A stretch of 64,000 bases of DNA from Alphaproteobacteria bacterium (GTDB taxonomy: Bacteria > Pseudomonadota > Alphaproteobacteria > UBA828), in NCBI GenBank assembly GCA_965214705.1, contig OZ243972.1, positions 1,024,001 through 1,088,000 on the forward strand, written 5' to 3'. Numbering within the stretch: position 1 is the first letter of the stretch; every line of letters starts with the position of its first letter. A program made the translations under genes and the position numbers. Under the pieces are notes generated by a model. The model saw only the letters and a list, made by a program, of their open reading frames with translations, did not search any database and was not told where the DNA came from. Below are positions 32,498 through 41,687 of this stretch, piece by piece.

Positions 32498-35400
32498 CAG
32501 CCGCGCCCACGCCCGAAATGACGGCGGCCCAGCACAGGGCCTCGGACCCCGAAGCCTCGGTCTGGGTCGGCGCCTCGGCCGGCACCGGCAAGACCAAGGT
32601 GCTGACCGACCGCGTGCTGCGCCTGTTGCTGGGCGGCACCGCGCCGGAACGCATCCTCTGCCTCACATTCACGCGAGCCGCCGCCGCCGAGATGGCGCTC
32701 AGGATTTCGAGCGAGCTCGCGCGCTGGACCGTCGCCGACGAGGAAGCGCTGGCCGCAGCGCTGAGCGGACTGACCGGCGCGCAGCCGTCGCGGGCGACGC
32801 GCGACCGGGCGCGGCGTCTCTTCGCCACCGTGCTCGACGTCCCCGACGGCCTGAAAATCCAGACCATCCACGCCTTCTGCCAGTCGCTGCTGCGGCGCTT
32901 CCCGCTGGAGGCCGGTGTCTCACCAAATTTCGAGATCGCCGACGAGCAGATGAGCACAACGTTGTTGGGCGCGGCGCGCGCACGGCTGCTGCACGCTGCG
33001 CGGCCTGCGGTGGACGACGCCCTTGCGGCCAATCTCGTCACCATGACGGCAGTGGTCGGCGAGGAGGGTTTCGGTGCCCTGCTGGCGGACGTGAGCGGCG
33101 CGCGGGACCGCTTCGCCGCCCTGTTGGAGCGTCATGGCGACACCAGCGGTGCCATCGCGGCGCTGCGCGCCCGGCTCGGCGTGGCCGAGGGAGCGACGTC
33201 CGAAAGCGTGCTCGCGGAAGCATCGGTCGAGGGCGCCTTTGACCAGCTGGCGTTGACGAAAGCGGTGCGCGTGCTCACCGGCGGGACCGTGACGGACCAA
33301 CGGCGCGCGCAGACGATCGCGGCGTGGCTTGACGCAGACCATGAGGGGCGAAAGGCATGGTTTGGCCCATACCGCCGCGCCTTCCTCCATGAGGACGGCA
33401 ACGCGCTCCAGAGACTTATCACCAAGAAACTGGGCGATGCACACCCGGATGCGGCGGAGGCTCTCGGCCTAGAGCAGGAGAGGATCGGCGTGGTCGTCGA
33501 ACGCTGGAACGCCGCCCGCGTGGCCGAGAGCAGCGCCGCCCTTATCGAGGTCGCGTCCCGCCATCTCGGCTTCTACGGGGCCGAGAAAGAGCGCCATGCC
33601 GTGCTCGACTACGGCGATCAGATCGCCATCAGCCGCGGTCTGCTCGCCCGTGCAGGCATCGCACCTTGGGTGCTTTTCAAGCTCGACGGCGGCCTCGACC
33701 ACCTGTTGATCGACGAGGCGCAGGACACCAGCCCCGCGCAATGGGCGGTGATCGCGGCGTTGGCGGAAGAGTTCTTCGCGGGCGAAGGCGCCCGCGCCGC
33801 GCCGCGCACCCTCTTTGCGGTCGGCGACGAGAAGCAGTCGATCTTCAGCTTCCAGGGCGCCGACGCCCGTGCGCTGGCCGCCGCCCATCGGCGATTCCAG
33901 GGCCGGGCCGAGGCCGCCGACAGGCCGTGGCAGTCGCTCCCCCTGGCGGAATCCTTTCGCTCGACCGGGGCGGTGCTCGCCGCGGTCGATGCCGTGTTCG
34001 CCCGGCCCGAGGCGCGCGCGGGCGTCACTGCCGAGGCGGTGCCCATCCGCCACCAGGTGCATCGCGTAGGCGCGGGCGGGCGGGTCGAGCTGTGGCCGCC
34101 CGTCACGCCGGAGGAGCGGGAGTCGCCGAAGCCCTGGGCACTGCCGGTGGAGCGCGAGGAGGCCGACGACCCGGCGGCACGGCTCGCCGCGCTCATTGCG
34201 GAACGGGTTGCATCGTGGACGCAAGAGCCGGCAGCGGAAAGGAGCGACGGCTGGCTCGAGGCCCGCGGCCGCCCGATCCAGCCCGGTGACGTGCTGGTGC
34301 TGGTGCGCCGGCGCGGACCCTTCGTCGATCACCTGCTGCGGGCCTTCAAGGCGCGCGGCGTGCCGGTGGCGGGGATCGACCGCATGGTGCTGACCGAGCA
34401 GCTCGCGGTCATGGACCTGATCGCGCTCGGCGAGTTCTGCCTGCTGCCGGGCGACGACCTGTCGCTCGCCACGGTGCTCAAGAGCCCGCTGATCGGGCTC
34501 GACGAGGATGCGCTGTTCGCGCTTGCCTACGAGCGCGGCGACGCGAGCCTGTGGGCGACGCTCGGCCGCCGCCGCAATGAGAGCGCGGCGTTCCAGAGTG
34601 CGTACGAGGGCTTGGCTTCGCTCCGCAATGCTGCGGATACGATGGCGCCCTTCGAGTTCTACAGCGAGGTGCTGGGGGCGCGCGGTGGGCGGGCGGCGTT
34701 GCTCGGCCGCCTTGGCCCGGAATCGGGAGACGCCATCGAGGAGTTCCTGGCGCTCGCGCTCGCCTATGGCCGCGCACACCCCCCCTCGCTCCAAGGATTC
34801 CTTCACTGGGTCCGGGACGGGCGCGCAGAGATCAAGAGAGACTTCGAGCAGGGCCGCGACGAGGTGCGGATCATGACCGTGCACGGCGCTAAGGGGCTGG
34901 AGGCGCCGGTGGTCTTTCTGCCCGATACCACGCGCAAGCCCCGCAGCAGGGACCCGCTCGTCTGGCTCGAGGAGGAGGGAGCGGACGGCGCCGCCGGCGC
35001 GGTGGAGGGCCTGCTCTTCCCCGGCCGGGCCAGCCGCGAGGACCCGCTGACCCGCGAAGCCCGCGCCCGGGCCCGCACCGCCCAGGAGGAGGAATACCGC
35101 CGGCTTCTCTACGTCGCGATGACCCGCGCCGAGGACCGGTTCTATGTCTGCGGCTGGCAGGGCCGGGACACGCCGCCCGATGATTGCTGGTACGCGCTGG
35201 TGCGCTCAGGGATGGAGAGCCTGAAGGGGGTCGAGCCTTTGGTGATGCCGGAGGTCGGAGCGCCAGAGGGCGCGGGCCTCGCCTATGCCGAGCCCCAGAC
35301 CGCGCCGCTCCCCCCACCGGCCGAGCCTACGCCAGAGGCTGATGCGCCCCCGCCCCTGCCGCCCGCACTGCTGACGCCGCCGGCCGAAGAGCCGCCGGCG

Positions 35401-35940
35401 CCTCGCCCGCTCGCGCCCTCGCGCGCGCTCCCGGACCCTGCGCCGCACTCACCGATCAACGTCATTGGTCAGAGCGCCCGTTTGCGCGGGATCGCCGCGC
35501 ACAAGCTGCTGGAGCATCTGCCGGCGTTGGCGCCTGCGGACAGGCCGGCTGCCGCCCGCAGCCTGCTTGCGAGGCACGATCTCGACGACGGCGAGCGCGA
35601 GGCGCTGGGCGAGGCCATGATCGAACTCGTGGCAGACCCGGCGTTCGCCGCGCTCTTCGCGCCCGATGCCCTGGCCGAGGCGCCGATCAGCGCGGTCGTG
35701 GGCGACCGGGTGATCTCGGGCCAGATCGACCGGCTGCTGGTGGGCGAGCGGGAGGTGATCGCCCTCGACTACAAGACCGGCCGCGCCCCGCCCGACGACG
35801 ATGCGGTGCCGGAGGCCTACCGGGTCCAGATGGAGAGCTACCGCGCGGCGCTGGCCGCCGTCTTCCCGGACCGCACGATCACCTGCGGCCTGCTTTTCGT
35901 CGACGCCCCCCGCCTGATCTGGATAACGGCAGACGAGTAA
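32494..35940 (+). CDS. addA: Double-strand break repair helicase/nuclease AddA
   Basis: ASAGTGKT, IDEAQD, VGDEKQSI, TVHGAKGLE, YVAMTRA and GQIDRL..DYKTG. Confidence 0.96.
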   Translation: MTAAPTPEMTAAQHRASDPEASVWVGASAGTGKTKVLTDRVLRLLLGGTAPERILCLTFTRAAAAEMALRISSELARWTVADEEALAAALSGLTGAQPSRATRDRARRLFATVLDVPDGLKIQTIHAFCQSLLRRFPLEAGVSPNFEIADEQMSTTLLGAARARLLHAARPAVDDALAANLVTMTAVVGEEGFGALLADVSGARDRFAALLERHGDTSGAIAALRARLGVAEGATSESVLAEASVEGAFDQLALTKAVRVLTGGTVTDQRRAQTIAAWLDADHEGRKAWFGPYRRAFLHEDGNALQRLITKKLGDAHPDAAEALGLEQERIGVVVERWNAARVAESSAALIEVASRHLGFYGAEKERHAVLDYGDQIAISRGLLARAGIAPWVLFKLDGGLDHLLIDEAQDTSPAQWAVIAALAEEFFAGEGARAAPRTLFAVGDEKQSIFSFQGADARALAAAHRRFQGRAEAADRPWQSLPLAESFRSTGAVLAAVDAVFARPEARAGVTAEAVPIRHQVHRVGAGGRVELWPPVTPEERESPKPWALPVEREEADDPAARLAALIAERVASWTQEPAAERSDGWLEARGRPIQPGDVLVLVRRRGPFVDHLLRAFKARGVPVAGIDRMVLTEQLAVMDLIALGEFCLLPGDDLSLATVLKSPLIGLDEDALFALAYERGDASLWATLGRRRNESAAFQSAYEGLASLRNAADTMAPFEFYSEVLGARGGRAALLGRLGPESGDAIEEFLALALAYGRAHPPSLQGFLHWVRDGRAEIKRDFEQGRDEVRIMTVHGAKGLEAPVVFLPDTTRKPRSRDPLVWLEEEGADGAAGAVEGLLFPGRASREDPLTREARARARTAQEEEYRRLLYVAMTRAEDRFYVCGWQGRDTPPDDCWYALVRSGMESLKGVEPLVMPEVGAPEGAGLAYAEPQTAPLPPPAEPTPEADAPPPLPPALLTPPAEEPPAPRPLAPSRALPDPAPHSPINVIGQSARLRGIAAHKLLEHLPALAPADRPAAARSLLARHDLDDGEREALGEAMIELVADPAFAALFAPDALAEAPISAVVGDRVISGQIDRLLVGEREVIALDYKTGRAPPDDDAVPEAYRVQMESYRAALAAVFPDRTITCGLLFVDAPRLIWITADE

Positions 35941-35941
35941 T

Positions 35942-36844
35942 TCAGCCGCCGAAGCGGGGCTCGGGCAGGCCCTGCACGCCGAGGTCGGAGACCGCGAGGA
36001 TGCCGCCGCCGTGGGGCTGGGGCTTGGAGGCCTCGCCGAAGATTTTTTGGGCCTCGGGGCCGAGGAAGTCGGTGCGGCCCATGGAGGTGAGATAGGCCAC
36101 GTCGAGGTTGTCGCCGCCGAACATGATGCTGGTGATGGTTTTGGTCGGCACCGGCACGCGGCGGTCTACCGTGCCGTCCGGCGCGTAGCGCACCAGCTGG
36201 CCGGAGACGATCTGCGCATTCCAAAGATAGCCCTCGGCATCGATGGTCGAGCCGTCCGGAATGCCCGGCTCGTCGTGAGTGTTGGCGAAGACCCGCTTGT
36301 TGGAGATCGCGCCGGTCTCGATGTCGTAATCGTAGGCGTAGATCTCCTGCATGTAGGAATCGGTGTGATAGAAGGTCTTGTTGTCGGGGCTCCAGCTCGG
36401 CCCGTTGTTGCAGATGATGCCGCGCTCCAGCTCGTGCACGGTGAGGTCGGGGTCGAGCCGGAAGAGGCCGCAGATGGGCGATTCCGAAATCTCGTCCTCG
36501 CCGCCGGCGAAGAAACGGCCGCGGCGGTCCACCTTGCCGTCGTTGAAGAGCGTGCGCGGCTCGTCGGCGTCGACCAGGGCGATGAGCTCGGTCTCGCCGC
36601 TGTCGAGGTCCATGAAGTAGAAGCCGTCGCGCATGGTGAGCACGCCGCCGCCCTGCTCCCTGAGCGCGAACGCGCCCACGGTCTTCGGCAGCGTCCAAGT
36701 GCGGGTCTTGCCAGTGCGCGGGTCCAGGCGCCAGACCTCCTTGTCCAGCATGTCGACCCAGTAGAGGACGCCGTCCACCGGGTCCCAGACCGGCCCCTCA
36801 CCGAGATAGTTGCCCGCCTCCACCACGCATTCGATCTTGACCAT
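35942..36844 (-). CDS. SMP-30/gluconolactonase family protein
   Basis: LGEGPVW, FNDGKVD, NNGPSWSPD and PDGSTID. ATG at 36844 follows GGGAGG. Confidence 0.92.
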   Translation of the reverse strand: MVKIECVVEAGNYLGEGPVWDPVDGVLYWVDMLDKEVWRLDPRTGKTRTWTLPKTVGAFALREQGGGVLTMRDGFYFMDLDSGETELIALVDADEPRTLFNDGKVDRRGRFFAGGEDEISESPICGLFRLDPDLTVHELERGIICNNGPSWSPDNKTFYHTDSYMQEIYAYDYDIETGAISNKRVFANTHDEPGIPDGSTIDAEGYLWNAQIVSGQLVRYAPDGTVDRRVPVPTKTITSIMFGGDNLDVAYLTSMGRTDFLGPEAQKIFGEASKPQPHGGGILAVSDLGVQGLPEPRFGG

Positions 36845-36966
36845 CGCGGCCTCCCTTTGCCTTCTGACGCTCCCTGCCCGCCCGCGACTGAGACAGGCGG
36901 ACCGGGTGTCGGGACCGGGCAACTATACGCCCGAATGCGCGTGCGCGGAGTCTCCGTGGCTGCGGG

Positions 36967-37380
36967 TCAGCACCCCATGACCTGCACGTGGCCCTCCTCA
37001 CCGTAGGCGAGCAGGCGGCGGTCGCGGGTCACCAGGGTGTAGCCGAAGGCCCGCGCGGTGGCGGCGAGGATGCGGTCCACCGGATCGGCCGGCGGCGCTC
37101 CGGGCAGCGCGCACGATGCGATCAGCACCGGGGGCGGCATCGCCGCGAGCGCCACCCCCGGCAGCGCGAGGACCCTGTCGAACCATACTTCGGAATCGAG
37201 CGAGAGCGCGATCTCGCCCTTGGCCACGAGCATGGCGATCTCCCACGCGGCCATCGGGGAGACGGCGAGGCCCCCGCCGTCGGCATTGGCCTGCCGTAGC
37301 GCGCTCGCGGCCGGCTCCCGCAGCGGATCGCCGTTCGCGATCCAGATGACCGCGCATGTATCGAGCAGGTAGACGGGCAT
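36967..37380 (-). CDS. vapC: PIN-domain ribonuclease toxin (VapC family)
   Basis: LLDTC..IW, S...WEI, DP.DRIL.ATA and LVTRD; the acidic catalytic residues are intact. Confidence 0.9.
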   Translation of the reverse strand: MPVYLLDTCAVIWIANGDPLREPAASALRQANADGGGLAVSPMAAWEIAMLVAKGEIALSLDSEVWFDRVLALPGVALAAMPPPVLIASCALPGAPPADPVDRILAATARAFGYTLVTRDRRLLAYGEEGHVQVMGC

Positions 37381-37386
37381 CGCCGG

Positions 37387-37797
37387 CTACCCCGCAGCTT
37401 CCCAGTCCGCCTCGACCGGCGCGGTCAGGTCGGTCCCCTCCTTGATCGTCACCGTGCCCTTGAGGGCGCCGAAGACGAGAGAGAAGGACGCGGCCTCGGC
37501 GGGCGCGGCGTCCCGCAGCACATGGCTGCCGGTCTCCACTGCCGGCGGATACTGCGCAGTCTTGACGAAATCGAGCGTCTTGCCGGCCATATCCACGTTC
37601 TCCGTCTTGTACCCGGCCTTGAGCCAGGAATGGGTGATAACGCTGTTCGATGGGTTGTTCGACCACCAGGGCCGGTGCTTGAAGGCCGACGGGGGCAAGT
37701 CCGCGCCGATCACCCGCTCTATCTCGGCGAACGTCATGGTCACCGAATCCTGCCCGGATTCGCGCAGGTGGACCTCCAGGGCTGCGTACTTGGACAT
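37387..37797 (-). CDS. Putative antitoxin: DUF7662-like N-domain fused to a VapB-type C-terminal tail
   Basis: Lies 6 bp upstream of vapC with a GGAGGAG RBS. N-domain SKY..L...TFAEIE..IG..LPPSA....WWSN...W..AG; tail FGALKGTVTI...DLTAP...DW. Confidence 0.75.
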   Translation of the reverse strand: MSKYAALEVHLRESGQDSVTMTFAEIERVIGADLPPSAFKHRPWWSNNPSNSVITHSWLKAGYKTENVDMAGKTLDFVKTAQYPPAVETGSHVLRDAAPAEAASFSLVFGALKGTVTIKEGTDLTAPVEADWEAAG

Positions 37798-37833
37798 CCG
37801 GTTCGCTCCTCCGAGGGAGTAATGTTTGATGTG

Positions 37834-37864
37834 AGTATTCTAACTATTCCTAGTATTCCGTCAA
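37834..37864 (-). promoter_or_regulatory. sigma70 promoter of the TA operon overlapped by three 9-bp direct repeats
   Basis: Minus strand TTGACG (37864-37859), 16 nt, TAGAAT (37842-37837). Plus-strand repeats AGTATTCTA/ACTATTCCT/AGTATTCCG at 37834-37860. Confidence 0.7.
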
Positions 37865-37987
37865 GTTCGGTTTGAGCGGCGGCGGCCGTCGCGGGCTCAA
37901 GCCATTGCCCGCCCGAGCGTCTCGGGCGTACCTTGGCCGGCCAGTTCGCGCCGCTCTGCCGGCGGCGCCATTCCGGGACGCGACGCG

Positions 37988-39238
37988 ATGACCGTTGAGG
38001 AGGCGCCCGGCCGCAGCCAGGCCCGCGTCATGGGGCTGATTGCACTCGCCCACGGCGCGAGCCACTTCTACCAGCTCGCCCTGCCGCCGCTCTTCCCTCA
38101 CCTCAAGGACGCGTTCGCGGTCAGCTACACCGAGCTCGGCACCCTGATGACCGTGTTCTACGTGGCCTCCGGCGTCGCGCAGACCGGGGCGGGCTTCCTG
38201 GTCGACCGCTTCCCGGCGCGCACGGTGCTGCTGGGCGGGCTCGCACTGCTTTGCATTGCGATTCTGCTGATGGGGCTCGCGCCCGCGTTCTGGATGCTGT
38301 TCCCGCTTGCCGTGCTCGCGGGGCTCGGCAACAGCGTGTTCCATCCGGCCGATCTCTCCATCCTCACCGCGAGCATCCGGCGCACGCGCTACGGCCGGGC
38401 CTACGGCTTCCACACGCTGGGCGGCAATCTGGGCTATGCGCTTGCGCCCATCGTCATGGTGGGGCTCGCGCTGGAGCTCGGCTGGCGCTCCGCCCTGATC
38501 GTGGCCGGCGCGGGCGGCCTCGTGTTGTTTCTGATCCTGTTCTTCAACCGGCACCTGTTCCTCGATGCGAGCGACGAGGCGCCTGCGGTGGCCCGCCCGC
38601 GTGTTGACGAAGCCTCCGCGGCGGTCGCGAACGGGCGCGGTTGGCTCACCGCCGTGAGGCAGGGTGTCGCTCCCCTCGTCTCGGTCCCGGTGCTGCTCTG
38701 CTTCGCCTTCTTCATCTTCTTGAGCGGGGCCACCATCGGCCTGCAGTCGTTCTTCCCGGCGCTGATGGACCAGCTCTACGGCCTGCCGGTCGCCGAAGGC
38801 GCGCCGCTGCTCTCGGTCTTCCTCTTCGGCGCATCGGGGGGAGTCCTGCTTGGCGGCTTCCTGGCCGAGCGCACGAGTTCACGGCATCAGCTCGTCATCG
38901 GCGCAGGCCTCGCGTCGGCAGCGGCGTTCTTCGTCGCCATCAGCCTCGGTCTCTTCCCGGCCGCAGTTCTGGGAGTCCCCTTCGCGCTCGCCGGCATCCT
39001 GGTCGGCCTCACCTTTCCGTCGCGCGACATGCTGGTGCGCGAGACCGCGGCGGCCGACGCCAGGGGCCGGGTCTTCGGATTCGTCTATTCGGGGCTCGAT
39101 ACCGGTGCCGCCGTCGCGCCGCTGATCGTGGGGCTCCTGCTCGATCACGGCGACCCCCGCGCCGTGATGTGGCTGATCGCCGCGCTGCTGCTGCTGGGCG
39201 TCGTGGCCGCCGCCCTCGCGAAAGGTCGTCAAGGGTGA
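37988..39238 (+). CDS. MFS transporter (Fsr-like)
   Basis: About 12 TM helices, GFLVDRFP.R and GNSVFHP. Confidence 0.9.
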   Translation: MTVEEAPGRSQARVMGLIALAHGASHFYQLALPPLFPHLKDAFAVSYTELGTLMTVFYVASGVAQTGAGFLVDRFPARTVLLGGLALLCIAILLMGLAPAFWMLFPLAVLAGLGNSVFHPADLSILTASIRRTRYGRAYGFHTLGGNLGYALAPIVMVGLALELGWRSALIVAGAGGLVLFLILFFNRHLFLDASDEAPAVARPRVDEASAAVANGRGWLTAVRQGVAPLVSVPVLLCFAFFIFLSGATIGLQSFFPALMDQLYGLPVAEGAPLLSVFLFGASGGVLLGGFLAERTSSRHQLVIGAGLASAAAFFVAISLGLFPAAVLGVPFALAGILVGLTFPSRDMLVRETAAADARGRVFGFVYSGLDTGAAVAPLIVGLLLDHGDPRAVMWLIAALLLLGVVAAALAKGRQG

Positions 39239-39323
39239 GCAAGCTGCGGCGCGCGCCATGCGCTACAATCCCGCCGCCCAGCCGCGCGGGTGCTCGTGTT
39301 CCCCTCTGCAATCGGTGAGTGGC

Positions 39324-40388
39324 ATGGTCAGCTTCGGCTTGTTTTGTCTCATGGGCTATCGGGACCGCGGAAGTGCGGTCTCCGAGGTGCTCGGCAACGC
39401 GGTACAAATGACGCAATGGGCGGAGGAGGCGGGCTTCGAGGCTGCCTGGTTCGCCGAGCACCACTTCTCCAATTACTGCGTCTGCCCCTCGCCGCTTCTG
39501 ATGGTCAATCACTGCGCGGGACATACGACGCGAATCAAGCTTGGCCCGGCGGTGATCGTGGTGCCGCTCTATCACCCGGTGCGGCTCCTCGCCGAGATCG
39601 GCATGACCCAGGCACTGCTCGGCGAGGATCGCTTCCTGCTGGGGCTCGGCAGCGGCTACCAGCCCTACGAGTTCGAGCGCTTCGGCGCAGACCTGGGTGA
39701 TTCCAAGGCTCAGCTGGATGAGTTCCTCGCGCTTATGGACCGGGCCTATGCAAACGAGACCTTCAGCTTCGACGGCGACTTCACCGCCTTGCCGGAGACC
39801 AACATCAGCACACGCCCGCCGGGTGGCGTGCCGCCGATCTGGATTGCCGGCGATTCGGAATCGACACACAAGCTGGCGGCCAGGCGCGGCTTCGTGCCGA
39901 TCATCACCGGTCGTTGGTTCGGCGCCGACTATCTGGCCGAGCAGCGGGAGCGCATCGACGCGTCCTATGCCGCCGAGGGCCTGGGCGGCCAATCACACGA
40001 GCTTGGGATTCTGCGCTTCGTCTGCGTGACCGAGAGCGATGAGGAGACGCGGGACTACCTCGTGCAAGCGCGCCAGCAGATGCGTTTCGCCGCCGCGCTC
40101 CGCAACCGGCAGGAGGCGATGAACGGCGGCATGCTCGTGGAAAAGCCGTTCTCCGGCGAGCCGCCGCTGGAGGAGATGGCGGCGAGCCTGCCGGTGGGCG
40201 ACGTCGCCACGGTCGCGGCACGGCTCACCGCCGACATACGCGCCTCGGGTGCGAGCCACATGATGCTGAACATCCAGGCGGCGGGCTCCACTATGGCGCA
40301 GGCCGAGCGCACCATCCGAGCCTTCGCCAGCGAGATCAGGCCCGCCATCGAGCGCGCTCTAACAGAAGACCCAGGCGCCGCGGCTTAG
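39324..40388 (+). CDS. Luciferase-like (LLM class) flavin-dependent oxidoreductase
   Basis: AWFAEHHF, T.RIKLG, HPVRLLAE and LGLGSGY. ATG at 39324 is inferred. Confidence 0.88.
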   Translation: MVSFGLFCLMGYRDRGSAVSEVLGNAVQMTQWAEEAGFEAAWFAEHHFSNYCVCPSPLLMVNHCAGHTTRIKLGPAVIVVPLYHPVRLLAEIGMTQALLGEDRFLLGLGSGYQPYEFERFGADLGDSKAQLDEFLALMDRAYANETFSFDGDFTALPETNISTRPPGGVPPIWIAGDSESTHKLAARRGFVPIITGRWFGADYLAEQRERIDASYAAEGLGGQSHELGILRFVCVTESDEETRDYLVQARQQMRFAAALRNRQEAMNGGMLVEKPFSGEPPLEEMAASLPVGDVATVAARLTADIRASGASHMMLNIQAAGSTMAQAERTIRAFASEIRPAIERALTEDPGAAA

Positions 40389-40537
40389 GGAACCTCTGAT
40401 TTATCAGGGGTTCCCGTGGCACAGGGATGTGCCACCATTTTCGGTGGCTGTAAGTCACTGAAAATGTGGGCAAAGCGGAAAGCGCGCTTCCGCCTTGCGC
40501 GTCTGAGAAATGCAGGAGGCACTTATTCAGACCTTCC
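40389..40537. mobile_element. 149-bp non-autonomous IS5-type element (MITE)
   Basis: Ends GGAACCTCTGATTTAT ... CTTATTCAGACCTTCC (imperfect inverted repeats), flanked by TTAG at 40385-40388 and 40538-40541. No transposase. Confidence 0.8.
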
Positions 40538-41663
40538 TTAGCTCTTGCCCGCGCCCTCCGCCGGGGCGCCGATGCGGGCGGCGAGCGATGCCGCCAGGAA
40601 CTGGTCGATGCCGCCATCGAGCACGGCGTCGGGGTTGCTGCTTTCGATCCCGGTGCGCAGGTCCTTCACCATGCGGTAGGGCTGCAGCACGTAGGAGCGG
40701 ATCTGGTGACCCCAGCCGATATCGCTCTTCTGCTCGGCGAGCGCCTGCGCCTCCATCTCGCGCTCCTGCAGCGCACGCTCGTAGAGACGGGCGCGCAGCA
40801 TCGACATGGCCTCCGCCCTGTTGCGGTGCTGCGAGCGCTCCGCCTGGCACTGCACGACGATGCTGGTGGGCAGGTGGGTGATGCGGACCGCGCTGTCGGT
40901 CCGGTTGACGTGCTGCCCGCCCGCGCCCGAGGCGCGATAGGTGTCGATCCGGAGGTCCTTGTCCGCGATCTCGATGTCGATGGTCTCGTCCACCACGGGA
41001 TAGACCCAGACCGAGGCGAAGCTGGTGTGGCGCCTCGCGCCCGCGTCGAAGGGCGAGATGCGGACCAGGCGGTGCACGCCGCTCTCGGTCTTGAGCCAGC
41101 CGTAGGCGCTCTTGCCCGAGACCTTGAGGACGGCCGACTTGATCCCGGCTTCCTCGCCGGGACTTTCCTCGATCCACTCGACCTTGTAGCCGCGTTGCTC
41201 CGCCCAGCGGACGTACATGCGGAGCAGCATCTCGGCCCAGTCCTGCGATTCGGTGCCGCCGGCGCCGGCATGAACCTCGAGGAAGCCGTCGTTGCCGTCC
41301 GCCTCGCCGGAGAGCAGGCTCTCCAGCTCGCGCCGCTTCGCCTCCTCGCGGGTCGTGGCAAGCGCGGCTTCCGCCTCGCCGTAGGCGTCTTCGTCGGACT
41401 CTTCCTCGGCAAGCTCAGCGAGCGCGAGGCCGTCCTCCAGCTCCTGCTCCAGCCGCTGGTAGGTGGCGACCGCCGCATCGAGGCGAGTGCGCTCCTGCAT
41501 CACCGCGCGGGCGCGCTCGGCATCGGCCCAGAGGTCTGGGTCCTCGGCCTCGCGGTTCAGCGCCTCCAGGCGATCTTGGGCGCCGTCGAGGTCAAAGGTG
41601 CCTCCTCAGCAGCGTCAGCGACTGCTTGATGTCATCGGCAAGCGACAGAATTTCGGCGCGCAT
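40538..41663 (-). CDS. prfB: Peptide chain release factor 2, programmed +1 frameshift
   Basis: ATG at 41663 gives [23 protein letters not shown], then CTT-TGA-C at 41597-41591 preceded by AGGAGG. The downstream frame has SPF and GGQ motifs. Confidence 0.97.
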
Positions 41664-41687
41664 CGACAGGGCCCTTCCGGTGGGGGC

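Noticed and set aside
35290-35450. Pro-rich low-complexity stretch in addA
   Set aside because: It is an ordinary linker between the helicase and nuclease domains, not a repeat element.
40538-41663. prfB as a pseudogene
   Set aside because: The in-frame TGA is the canonical programmed frameshift site.
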